The notes under the pieces are model-generated. The model made no database searches. It was given only the letters and a program-made list of their open reading frames with translations, and was not told the origin of the DNA. Positions 19,004 through 27,511 of a stretch of DNA of 64,000 nt are shown piece after piece. This stretch comes from Bacteroidaceae bacterium. GTDB taxonomy: Bacteria > Bacteroidota > Bacteroidia > Bacteroidales > Bacteroidaceae. Every line of letters begins with the position of its first letter. The first letter of the stretch is position 1. The stretch covers positions 11,049 to 75,048 of the forward strand of contig JAZQQX010000027.1 of assembly GCA_045629325.1 (NCBI GenBank), written 5' to 3'. Made by a program: the position numbers and the translations under genes.

Positions 19004-19046
19004 CCTTATTTTCCATTTTCAATTTTCCATTCTCAATTCGTCACTC
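19004..19046. repeat. Heptamer repeat ATTTTCC ATTTTCA ATTTTCC ATTCTCA ATTCGTC, directly upstream of the lipoprotein ATG
   Basis: Read directly. It contains the 17-mer also found at 15716-15732. Confidence 0.7.
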
Positions 19047-19048
19047 CT

Positions 19049-20509
19049 ATGTTTCGGTTTTTCTTGCTTCTTTGCATTGCATCTCTTTTCTGTTCTTGTG
19101 AGCAGATTGTGATTGATGACGGGGATGATGTGCAGCAAGGTGCTCTTACATCTTATCGCATCACTACGCGTGCAGTGGAAGGCACGGAATTGGTATATCC
19201 TCTTCATATTTATGCTTTTTCTTCTGACGGTGTGCTCCAGGCTGAAACCGAAGCCAGTAATCCTGAGAGTCCCATCAGTCTCTCACTCGTGCAGGGTAGG
19301 GAGTATCGTTTGGTGATTGTTTCTGCTCATTCTGAGGCTTTTGACTGTCCTTCGCGTCCTACTCTTAGTTCGCTGATCTCCCTCAAGTCTTTGTCTGCAT
19401 CCAAGACTTCGACTGATGCTGTGGGTTATACGGTTACCGAACCTCTGGTTATGGGTTTTGCCACACTTTCTCCTTCTTCTGCTCATTCGGTCAACTGCAA
19501 TGTTCAGATGCAGCATCAGATGTCTGCTTTGCGCATCACCTTAAATAGCATCCCTTCTCATGTGGATGAGGTGAGTGTTTGCATCAATTCTCCTTATCAG
19601 GGTGTTACTTTTGCTGGTGCTTTGCAACAGGGATCTGGGCTTTCTCGTATTCCTCTCTCACGCAAGGCTTCTTCTCCCGAAGAGGGTGACACATGGGAGT
19701 CGGGTGATGTGTATGTCTTCCCTACGGTCGATCCTCAGACGGTTTTCACTATTGTTTGTCGTAGTGGTGACAACGAGATTTGTTCTTCTGTTACTTATAG
19801 AGGTGTTTTGCATGCAGGTACTCCTTATGTCTTGAATGGCTCATTCTATGATGATTCATTCCATGCCAGCGCCAATATTACTCCTCCAGAGTGGTTGTCG
19901 CCTATTTTCCTCAATTTCAATTTTGGAGAGGGGCTCAATCCTACGATCTCTGTTAGTGGGACTGGTGAGGATGTACCTACGGCTGGTGAGGATTCTCCCG
20001 TGTCGGTTACTCGTATTCCTCGTGCATACTCATCGTGGGATGGTCACATGGTGGTTGCTGTTACTGATGATGAGGGCAAGGATGTTGATCCCGATATGGC
20101 TCGTGAGGCCAACTTGCTTCTTATGTCGCTCGATGAATGGACCGGACTTACTTCTGTCTCCAACGAGTCAAGTCCTACCATGGCATTTGAGATTGCGAAG
20201 GGTTATTCGGAAGCTGGCCTGCAAGGTTGGCGCATACCAACCGAGGATGAGGGGCGTCTTCTTTATCGTGCGTACAACGAACTGGTTGTGCTGGACGATG
20301 GTACTGTTTCTGCTCCTCTTCCTCTTCTTCTGGAGTCTATGGATGCGGTCATGGTGTCATTGACGCAAGAGAATGGCGATAAGGTTCGCTACCTTTGTGC
20401 TGATGCTTCCAAAACCTTCTCTTTTGGTGTCAATTCTATCTTGTCAGCGGGTAAGACGGTGAAGAACTATCATCTTCGACTTGTTCGCTCTGTTAAAGTT
20501 TCTCTTTAG
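19049..20509 (+). CDS. Lipoprotein, fimbrillin-like N-terminal region with a DUF1566/FISUMP-like C-terminal module
   Basis: Start at MFRFFLLLCIASLFCSCEQ (lipobox). C-terminal GWRIPTEDEGRLLY resembles the GW(R/H)LPT motif of DUF1566/FISUMP domains. The tracked start at 18857 overlaps secG and is rejected. Confidence 0.55.
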   Translation: MFRFFLLLCIASLFCSCEQIVIDDGDDVQQGALTSYRITTRAVEGTELVYPLHIYAFSSDGVLQAETEASNPESPISLSLVQGREYRLVIVSAHSEAFDCPSRPTLSSLISLKSLSASKTSTDAVGYTVTEPLVMGFATLSPSSAHSVNCNVQMQHQMSALRITLNSIPSHVDEVSVCINSPYQGVTFAGALQQGSGLSRIPLSRKASSPEEGDTWESGDVYVFPTVDPQTVFTIVCRSGDNEICSSVTYRGVLHAGTPYVLNGSFYDDSFHASANITPPEWLSPIFLNFNFGEGLNPTISVSGTGEDVPTAGEDSPVSVTRIPRAYSSWDGHMVVAVTDDEGKDVDPDMAREANLLLMSLDEWTGLTSVSNESSPTMAFEIAKGYSEAGLQGWRIPTEDEGRLLYRAYNELVVLDDGTVSAPLPLLLESMDAVMVSLTQENGDKVRYLCADASKTFSFGVNSILSAGKTVKNYHLRLVRSVKVSL

Positions 20510-20548
20510 CGAGTTATTTTATATTATTGATTCTGATTACTTATTTAT

Positions 20549-21490
20549 ATGGAAAAGAATAGTAAGATTTATGTAGCTGGTCATCGTGGCATGGTAGGTT
20601 CTGCCATCGTTCGCGAACTCCAGCGTCAGGGATATACCAATATCATTACTCGTACCCATAGGGAACTTGACCTCACTCGTCAGGATCAGGTTGAGGCTTT
20701 CTTTGCCGAGGAGAAACCTGAGTATGTATTCCTTGCTGCTGCCAAGGTTGGTGGTATCATTGCCAATCAGAGTGCATTGGCCGACTTCATGTACGACAAC
20801 ATGATTCTTGAGATGAATGTTATCCACTCTGCGTGGAAGAATGGCTGTAAGAAGCTGGAGTTCCTCGGTTCTTCATGCATCTATCCTCGCATGGCTCCTC
20901 AGCCCATGCCTGAGTCTTGTCTCCTCACTTCCGAGCTTGAGAAAACCAATGAGGCTTATGCGCTTGCTAAGATATCGGGTCTCAAGTATTGTGAGTATCT
21001 CAACAAGCAGTATGGCACCGATTACATCTCTCTCATGCCTACCAACCTCTATGGTCCCAACGACAATTATCATCCTGAGCACTCTCATGTGCTTCCTGCT
21101 CTCATCCGTCGCTTCCATGAGGCGAAGGAGGCTGGCCTGAAGGAGGTTACTTGCTGGGGTGATGGCAGTCCTCTCCGTGAGTTCCTCTATGTGGATGATC
21201 TTGCCAACCTTTGTGTGTTCCTCATGAACAACTACTCGGGTGATGAGACTGTCAATGCGGGTACGGGTAAGGAGATCACCATCAAGGGCCTCACCGAACT
21301 GGTTGCTAAGGTTGTTGGTTTCGAGGGCGAGATCAAGTGGGACACCACTCGTCCCAATGGTACTCCACGCAAGCTTCTCGATGTCAGCAAGGCTGAGAAA
21401 CTTGGATGGAGATATAGGGTTGAACTCGAAGATGGCATCCGTCTTGCATACGATGATTTCCTCCACAACCCGATGAGAGCTGAAAGATAA
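20549..21490 (+). CDS. fcl: GDP-L-fucose synthase
   Basis: 313 aa. [14 protein letters not shown] (Rossmann), SSCIYP and YALAK (SDR Yxx(x)K) are present. Confidence 0.9.
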   Translation: MEKNSKIYVAGHRGMVGSAIVRELQRQGYTNIITRTHRELDLTRQDQVEAFFAEEKPEYVFLAAAKVGGIIANQSALADFMYDNMILEMNVIHSAWKNGCKKLEFLGSSCIYPRMAPQPMPESCLLTSELEKTNEAYALAKISGLKYCEYLNKQYGTDYISLMPTNLYGPNDNYHPEHSHVLPALIRRFHEAKEAGLKEVTCWGDGSPLREFLYVDDLANLCVFLMNNYSGDETVNAGTGKEITIKGLTELVAKVVGFEGEIKWDTTRPNGTPRKLLDVSKAEKLGWRYRVELEDGIRLAYDDFLHNPMRAER

Positions 21491-21528
21491 ATCAGAATAT
21501 TATACAACTTAACAATATAGAAAAAACT

Positions 21529-22623
21529 ATGGCAAACAACATTGCACTTATCACTGGTGTCACCGGTCAGGATGGCTCATACCTGAGCGAGTTCCTTTTG
21601 GCCAAGGGCTATGAAGTACATGGCATCATACGCAGAAGTTCGGTGGACTATCGCGAGCGTATCGCCCATCTTGAGGGTACGCCCAACTTCCACCTCCACT
21701 ATGCTGATATGGGCGACTCCATGTCGCTTGTCAAACTCGTGGGTAAGGTTCAGCCCACCGAGATCTACAACCTCGCAGCGCAGAGCCATGTGCAGGTTAG
21801 CTTCGATGCGCCTGAGTTCACGGCCGATGTTGATGCTGTGGGTGTGCTCCGTATACTCGAGGCCGTTCGCACCAATCATCTGGAGAAGACTTGTAAGATC
21901 TATCAGGCTTCCACCTCCGAGCTCTATGGCAAGGTAGAGGAGGTGCCACAGAATGAGAACACCCCCTTCCATCCCTACAGCCCCTATGCTGTGGCAAAGC
22001 TCTATGGCTACTGGATCATCAAGGAGTACCGTGAGGCGTACGATATGTTCTGTTGCTCAGGCATCCTCTTCAACCATGAGAGTGAGCGCAGAGGTGAGAC
22101 CTTCGTCACCCGTAAGATCACCCTCGCTGCCGCTCGTATCGCACAGGGCAAGCAGGACTGCCTCTATCTGGGCAACCTCGACTCGTTGCGCGACTGGGGA
22201 TATGCCAAGGACTATGTAGAGTGCATGTGGCTCATCCTTCAGCACGACAAGCCCGAGGATTTCGTCATTGCTACAGGTGTACAGCACACCGTGCGTGAGT
22301 TCGCCACTCTCGCCTTCAAGCATGCCGGTATCACTCTTCGCTGGGAGGGCCAGGGCGTTGATGAGAAGGGTATCGATGTGGCCACGGGTAAGGTTCTCGT
22401 TGCTGTCAGTCCCGACTTCTACCGTCCCACCGATGTTGTCAATCTCTGGGGCGATCCCAGTAAGGCCAAGCGCGAGCTCGGTTGGAATCCTCAGACCACC
22501 TCTTTCGAGCAGTTGGTTGAGACCATGGTCAAGCACGACATGCAGAAGGTTGCAGCCGACCATGTGGCTTCTGTCATGCGTACCAACCTCGCTGAGTATC
22601 TCGAGAAGGGCGTGGTGAAGTAA
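21529..22623 (+). CDS. gmd: GDP-mannose 4,6-dehydratase
   Basis: 364 aa. Contains [30 protein letters not shown] and [10 protein letters not shown]. Confidence 0.93.
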   Translation: MANNIALITGVTGQDGSYLSEFLLAKGYEVHGIIRRSSVDYRERIAHLEGTPNFHLHYADMGDSMSLVKLVGKVQPTEIYNLAAQSHVQVSFDAPEFTADVDAVGVLRILEAVRTNHLEKTCKIYQASTSELYGKVEEVPQNENTPFHPYSPYAVAKLYGYWIIKEYREAYDMFCCSGILFNHESERRGETFVTRKITLAAARIAQGKQDCLYLGNLDSLRDWGYAKDYVECMWLILQHDKPEDFVIATGVQHTVREFATLAFKHAGITLRWEGQGVDEKGIDVATGKVLVAVSPDFYRPTDVVNLWGDPSKAKRELGWNPQTTSFEQLVETMVKHDMQKVAADHVASVMRTNLAEYLEKGVVK

Positions 22624-22691
22624 ACCTATTTTCTTTGGTGAAGTACTAATTCTTTTTGATTTTGGCAATCTTTTTTGCCATTCTCAGTAGA

Positions 22692-23135
22692 ATGAAAGAA
22701 GATATTCGCAGTATTGTTAAGCGCGATGTTGGGATTACCGAATTCCAGCGTCGCGTTTATTTGGCTTTGTTAGATGTTCCCAAGGGACAGTGTATCACCT
22801 ACAAAGTACTCGGTGAACGGATTTCTTGTCGTTCTGCCCAGGCTATCGGTCAGGCTCTGCGTCGTAACCCTTTTGCTGTTGGTTGCAAGATAGTTCCTTC
22901 ATCCCCTTCACCTCTTTCTTCTGCATCTTCCTCCCTTTCATCTCCTTCTCCTTCCTCTTCTTCTCCTTGTTTTATCCCTACGGGAGGTGAAGAGTATTAT
23001 ACGATAGACTACTGTGTTCCTTGTCACAGAGTTATTTCTTCATCTGGTAAGATAGGTGGTTTTTGTGGTGAGACGGAAGGACCGGAGATCGAGCGCAAGC
23101 GTGCCATTCTTTTGCAAGAGGGAATCATTCTTTAA
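22692..23135 (+). CDS. MGMT/Ogt-family DNA-binding-domain protein with a ~45-aa Ser/Pro-rich insertion before the PCHRV active-site motif
   Basis: FQRRVYLALLDVPKGQCITYKVLG...ALRRNPFA, then an insert, then VPCHRVISSSGKIGGF...KRAILLQEG. The ATG at 22692 is preferred over the tracked TTG at 22656. Confidence 0.7.
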   Translation: MKEDIRSIVKRDVGITEFQRRVYLALLDVPKGQCITYKVLGERISCRSAQAIGQALRRNPFAVGCKIVPSSPSPLSSASSSLSSPSPSSSSPCFIPTGGEEYYTIDYCVPCHRVISSSGKIGGFCGETEGPEIERKRAILLQEGIIL

Positions 23136-23139
23136 TGTA

Positions 23140-23296
23140 TCTTTCTTCTCTTCTTTCCTCCCTTTTTTCTTTTTCTCTTCTCTTTCTCTCTTCTATCTTC
23201 TCTTTTTCTCCCTTCTCTTTTCTCCCTTCTCTCTACTCCCTTTTCTCTTTCCCTTCTCTCTTCTCTCTTCTCTCTTCTCTCTTCTCTCTTCTCTTC
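23140..23296. repeat. 157-bp polypyrimidine (plus strand) tract, including TTCTCTC x5
   Basis: 155 of 157 bases are C or T (A only at 23195 and 23235). Perfect TTCTCTC heptamers run 23254-23288. It lies between the convergent ogt-like and CoiA-like genes. Confidence 0.9.
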
Positions 23297-23300
23297 AATA

Positions 23301-24611
23301 CTATACTTTCTTGCATCCTACATTATAGCTTCCATCTTCGGTCTTTTCGTATCGTGTCACATAGTCACATTTTGTGCCGTGGAGTCTTATGATCTGGGGT
23401 AGGGTGTATAGGAAGAAGTTGATGGCCCTTTTGTTTTGTTGTAGTCTGGTGGGTGTGATGGCATTACCGTATATATCTGGACTTGTTGTGGGTAGATAGA
23501 TGGTGTCGTTACCTACGGTCATTACATAGTCTGTGGGGCGTGCGGGGAAGGGGGACAGGAGTGTCTCAGTGAACCAATGCAGGGGGTGGCGCATAATGAG
23601 TTCACGATAGTAGGTAGGGAATTTCTGCTGATTCATCTCATGCAGTATGGCCTCCCGTGTAGTATGGCTCTTACATACCGCACAAGCTCCCTTCTTTACC
23701 AAGGTCTCACCCGGATACTTCCTTTTATATTCCTCCACCCTGTGATAGAATGCGATACTTGCTCTCTGCGAAGGATGTATATTAAGGTTAGGCTCCTTCC
23801 CATTGGATATGCCCTGCCCCATAGTCGATGTACCCTGCCCCATAGACGATGTGCCCTGCCCATTAGACGATGTGCCTTGTTTTGTCGATGTAAGGTTTGT
23901 GGTTGTATCGTTGGCATGCTGCATGGCATATTGTCTGCGCCTCTGTTGAAGAAGGGTTCTTGCTTGTATCTTTTGATCGAGCACGGGATTATTGACCCAT
24001 TTTCTATGGCTTTGGCTTGTGAGGAGGAAGTTGCGTATGGTTTGCTTGTTTACTTCTGCATCTTTGAAGAGTGACAGATCTACTTCGATGCATGAGATCT
24101 TCTGTTCCTTAATCTTCTCATATTTCTCAGGTTCCACCTCATGGGTCACTTTGATCTCAATCCATAAACGGCTCACTTCCTGTTCTTTCCCATTTCCATT
24201 TCCATTCCCATTTCCATTTCCATGTTCATTCCCATTCCCATTACTCTTCCTCTTCTTTACCCCCACAATGTCAGGGCGAAGCATGGTGTCCTTATGCCAT
24301 TCCTCCACCTCAATCTTATCAAAGTCCTGCAATCCACCACCATACACACTTCCATACGAAGGAAGCATGATGGCTTTCTCCTCAGCCAGAACCTCTTTCG
24401 CCAACAGATGTAGTTCCGACTCATGCCCAATGTCACATGCCTGATTGCCCGCATGAGCAAAATGTGGATGTACATTCACCCCTCTATTCTTTGCCACAAG
24501 CATCGCACCACATCCCGGACAATAGCATGCACACCTAAGCCCATTCTCCACCTCAAGAATGTGGCATAGCCTGCCCTCGCTATTCAATCCGTATGTCAGT
24601 TTGACATCCAT
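23301..24611 (-). CDS. CoiA-like PD-(D/E)xK nuclease-family protein with low-complexity insertions and an uncharacterised C-terminal half
   Basis: 436 aa. N-terminal CYCPGCGAMLVAKNRG..HPHFAH....C...HESELH resembles the CoiA family. RPDIVG ... IEIKVTH fits a D...ExK nuclease core. Confidence 0.6.
   Translation of the reverse strand: MDVKLTYGLNSEGRLCHILEVENGLRCACYCPGCGAMLVAKNRGVNVHPHFAHAGNQACDIGHESELHLLAKEVLAEEKAIMLPSYGSVYGGGLQDFDKIEVEEWHKDTMLRPDIVGVKKRKSNGNGNEHGNGNGNGNGNGKEQEVSRLWIEIKVTHEVEPEKYEKIKEQKISCIEVDLSLFKDAEVNKQTIRNFLLTSQSHRKWVNNPVLDQKIQARTLLQQRRRQYAMQHANDTTTNLTSTKQGTSSNGQGTSSMGQGTSTMGQGISNGKEPNLNIHPSQRASIAFYHRVEEYKRKYPGETLVKKGACAVCKSHTTREAILHEMNQQKFPTYYRELIMRHPLHWFTETLLSPFPARPTDYVMTVGNDTIYLPTTSPDIYGNAITPTRLQQNKRAINFFLYTLPQIIRLHGTKCDYVTRYEKTEDGSYNVGCKKV
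23812..23880. repeat. In-frame 21-bp tandem repeat (~3.3 copies) inside the CoiA-like gene
   Basis: CCCTGCCCCATAGTCGATGTA / CCCTGCCCCATAGACGATGTG / CCCTGCCCATTAGACGATGTG encode GQGTS(S/T)(N/M) units on the minus strand. Confidence 0.85.
24190..24243. repeat. In-frame hexanucleotide repeat CCATTY x9 (Asn-Gly dipeptide run) inside the CoiA-like gene
   Basis: Read directly. It encodes NGNGNEHGNGNGNGNGNG between the putative D and ExK nuclease motifs. Confidence 0.85.
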
Positions 24612-24686
24612 ATCATCAACTTATCTTCTTCGCCCTATTTCATCAGCATATCATCTTCACACCATATCACAGACTATGGACCTCAA

Positions 24687-25802
24687 TCAGTTTTCGTTGC
24701 GGAATTTCATGAGTGCATTGATGATCTCTTCGTTGTCGTCGCTTATCTCGAGAATGAGGTTCTTGTATTTGCCCTTGGCAACCAGTTCTTCAATGAGTGT
24801 GTATATGGGTACTTCTTCTCTCCAATATTGCTCCCCGAGGAAACACATAGGGCTGGAGTAGCCGAAGGTGAGATAGTGGTTTTGAACAGCCTCCTGGAAT
24901 ATCTCCTGAAGGGTGCCTGCAGATCCAGGCGTATAGATGATACCTCCCTTGGCAATGGTGAGGATGCCGTCCTCGCGTATGCTGTTATCGAAATACTTTG
25001 CGATATGCGTAGCGAGTGGGGTAGAAGGCTCATGCCCGTACAGCCATGTAGGAATGGCCAGACTGCAGTAGTCCAGTTGTGGCCATCTTTGGCGTACCCG
25101 CATTGCCGTTTCGAGCCAACCACTGTCGCAGAACGACGGTGCAGTGCGCAGTAGTTGCAGAGCCTCCATGAACTCCTCCTCCGTACGGTCGGCCATCCAT
25201 GCACCCATGTGTGTAGCCTCCATAGCACCCGGTCCACCTCCACTTATCATAAGACTCCCCATCTCGGTGAGACGCTTGCTGATGCGTGCAATGTTCTCAT
25301 ATTGCTGTTCGGTACGCTTCAGGCCATGGCCGCCCATTACTCCTACGATGCACTTGTCATTGTATTGCTTGAGAAACTGATGAAGGGCATTGCTGATGCT
25401 ATGATCATGAAGTGCCCGTGCCAGTGTCTCCTTGATGTTGTCGGCCTTCTTGCCCATCTTCAGATAGTGACGATAGACAATGCTATCGTAACAATGCTCG
25501 AAGGAGTCGGGATCGCCCAACCTGTACCCATCATAGAGCGTATCGGCAGAATATAATTGTGATGGAAAAGTGTCGAAAGTCTCACCCATGCGAGGAAATA
25601 CAAGACTGTCGGTCATCCTTCTCTTGATACCCTTGGGTAGATTGCATCCCAGGAAAATACAGTCCCGGTAGGTGTGACTCAATGAGAGTTCGGTTTCTGC
25701 AGTCATATCCAGCCCCTTGAATGCACAGCGTCGAACTTCCTCGTTGTTCTCGTGCAAAACCTGCGAAAGTTGCCAGTCGTCACTAATCTCTCTGTAGTTC
25801 AT
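24687..25802 (-). CDS. LOG-family (TIGR00730-like) nucleotide-binding/nucleosidase protein with ~150-aa N-terminal extension
   Basis: 371 aa. Contains GGGPGAMEA and TPGSAGTLQE (PGGxGTxxE-type LOG motif). Only 75 nt with no promoter box separate it from the CoiA-like gene. Confidence 0.7.
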   Translation of the reverse strand: MNYREISDDWQLSQVLHENNEEVRRCAFKGLDMTAETELSLSHTYRDCIFLGCNLPKGIKRRMTDSLVFPRMGETFDTFPSQLYSADTLYDGYRLGDPDSFEHCYDSIVYRHYLKMGKKADNIKETLARALHDHSISNALHQFLKQYNDKCIVGVMGGHGLKRTEQQYENIARISKRLTEMGSLMISGGGPGAMEATHMGAWMADRTEEEFMEALQLLRTAPSFCDSGWLETAMRVRQRWPQLDYCSLAIPTWLYGHEPSTPLATHIAKYFDNSIREDGILTIAKGGIIYTPGSAGTLQEIFQEAVQNHYLTFGYSSPMCFLGEQYWREEVPIYTLIEELVAKGKYKNLILEISDDNEEIINALMKFRNEN

Positions 25803-25826
25803 AAGTAAGTTTAAGTATGTTTATTG

Positions 25827-25834
25827 CAAATATA
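25827..25834 (-). promoter_or_regulatory. -7 box TATATTTG (minus strand) for the LOG/CoiA-like unit
   Basis: The plus strand reads CAAATATA, 25 nt upstream of the ATG at 25802. Confidence 0.5.
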
Positions 25835-25877
25835 CAAAACATTTTTATAAAAAGTGAATTGTTGGATAAAATTTAAT

Positions 25878-25885
25878 TAATTTTG
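25878..25885 (+). promoter_or_regulatory. -7 box TAATTTTG for the serine hydrolase gene
   Basis: Exact TAnnTTTG, 91 nt upstream of 25976. Confidence 0.4.
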
Positions 25886-25975
25886 CAAGTAGAAAGGAAT
25901 GAATCACCATGTGGTGTCCGTTTCACACCTCGCAGAAATGCGTGAGAATATAGGACTTTTAAAGATAAAAATGAA

Positions 25976-27463
25976 ATGAGAATGAGATATTTGTGGATTT
26001 TCATATTGTGGAGCTTGTCTGATGTGTTGATTGCCCAGACAGGCGATTTGCAACGCGCAACGCCAGAATCGCAGGGACTATCGTCGAAGGCAGTACTCCA
26101 GATGGTAGACTCTATGATGGCGCAAACAGATACCGACATACATGGTGTAATGGTGATGCGACATGGAAAGGTGATTGCGGAGAAATACAATCAGCCTTGG
26201 TCCGCTCCATACGGTCATACGCTGTATTCATGTTCGAAGACCTTTACCGCAGTGGCTGTAGGTCTTATCAGCGACTCCCTATTGACCCTGGACACCCGCA
26301 TGAGCGATGTCCTTTATGACTACCTTCCCGAACAGCCAAGCGACACCCTGATGATGATCACTGTGCGCGACCTGCTCCTGATGCAATCAGGTCTGCCTGT
26401 AGATACCAATATGCGCACACAGCGCTATGACTGGATACGCAACTATCTTTCACACACGATGGTAGCAATGCCCGGCACGCTTTTTGCCTATGACAGCATA
26501 GACACCTACCTGCTCTCTGCTATCGTACAGCGTGTGACGGGAAAGACCATAATGTCCCTACTTGACGAACGCGTGTTTGGTCCGATGCACATAGAACAAG
26601 CCTATTGGGAAGAATCGCCCGAAGGCGTGTCGTGTGGTGGTTGGGGACTCTATATGCAACTGGAATCCATGGCCAAGTTCGGCCAGTTGCTACTCAATAG
26701 AGGCAGTTGGGGCAACAAGCAACTTGTTTCGGCAGAATGGGTGGACCAAATGCTTACCAAACATGTAGATGTGCCCAACGGGACGAAATACGGATACCAC
26801 ATCTGGCAATGTCCCTATCCCAGTATGTGGCGAGCAGACGGGGCATATGGTGAGTATATATTCGTCCTTCCACAAAGTGACATGGTGGTGGCCATAACAC
26901 AATGCATGAGAGGTAATGGTAATAAAGAGATGATGTGGATCAATAAGTTGGCATCCACCTCGAGCAACCAAAGTTTGTCGGCCGACCCAATGTCGCAGAA
27001 GATTCTCGCTGACAAAGAATATGTGATGCCCTATACCAAAGGAAAAGACTCCTCGCCCCGTCACTCTATGAACTTCACCGTAGACCTGGGGAGCAATGAT
27101 CTTGGATGGAGGAGACTTGAGTGCATCCCGCAGAAGCAACAGTTGAGAATACGAGTGACGACAACAACAGGCCGAACCTTTGACCTCATGTGTGGGTATC
27201 AGCAATGGACGCTAAACAGCATAGAAGGCATGCCCCTGAACTTCCGACCTTTCAAGAACAACTTCAGCAATATACCAGAGCCCTTCCTTGTGTCATGCAG
27301 TTATGGGTGGACTACCTCAGACGACCTTTATCTGCGTCTGCATTTTGTAAACTGGCTCTCGTCGTGCCGTCTGCATCTGAATATGAAAAAAGGACAGGAG
27401 TCCGCAGACATCCTGTCCTCGTATACTACGAAAACCGTTGGTATAAAAGCCTATCCGAAATAA
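25976..27463 (+). CDS. Beta-lactamase-fold serine hydrolase, secreted
   Basis: 495 aa with a signal peptide. SCSK (SxxK) occurs in the context HTLYSCSKTFTAVAVG, typical of class C beta-lactamase/esterase-like proteins. Confidence 0.75.
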   Translation: MRMRYLWIFILWSLSDVLIAQTGDLQRATPESQGLSSKAVLQMVDSMMAQTDTDIHGVMVMRHGKVIAEKYNQPWSAPYGHTLYSCSKTFTAVAVGLISDSLLTLDTRMSDVLYDYLPEQPSDTLMMITVRDLLLMQSGLPVDTNMRTQRYDWIRNYLSHTMVAMPGTLFAYDSIDTYLLSAIVQRVTGKTIMSLLDERVFGPMHIEQAYWEESPEGVSCGGWGLYMQLESMAKFGQLLLNRGSWGNKQLVSAEWVDQMLTKHVDVPNGTKYGYHIWQCPYPSMWRADGAYGEYIFVLPQSDMVVAITQCMRGNGNKEMMWINKLASTSSNQSLSADPMSQKILADKEYVMPYTKGKDSSPRHSMNFTVDLGSNDLGWRRLECIPQKQQLRIRVTTTTGRTFDLMCGYQQWTLNSIEGMPLNFRPFKNNFSNIPEPFLVSCSYGWTTSDDLYLRLHFVNWLSSCRLHLNMKKGQESADILSSYTTKTVGIKAYPK

Positions 27464-27511
27464 GATAAGAAACCAAATCTTCTGAAGTTAATTTTTAACC
27501 ATTACTAAATA

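Noticed and set aside
18857-19048. A long N-terminal extension of the lipoprotein ORF overlapping secG.
   Set aside because: The extension reads through the secG tail, its terminator hairpin and the heptamer repeat. A canonical lipoprotein signal peptide starts at the ATG at 19049.
23056-23392. Two ORFs (90 and 85 aa) across the polypyrimidine tract.
   Set aside because: A C/T-only strand cannot contain stop codons. The peptides are pure F/L/S/P low complexity.
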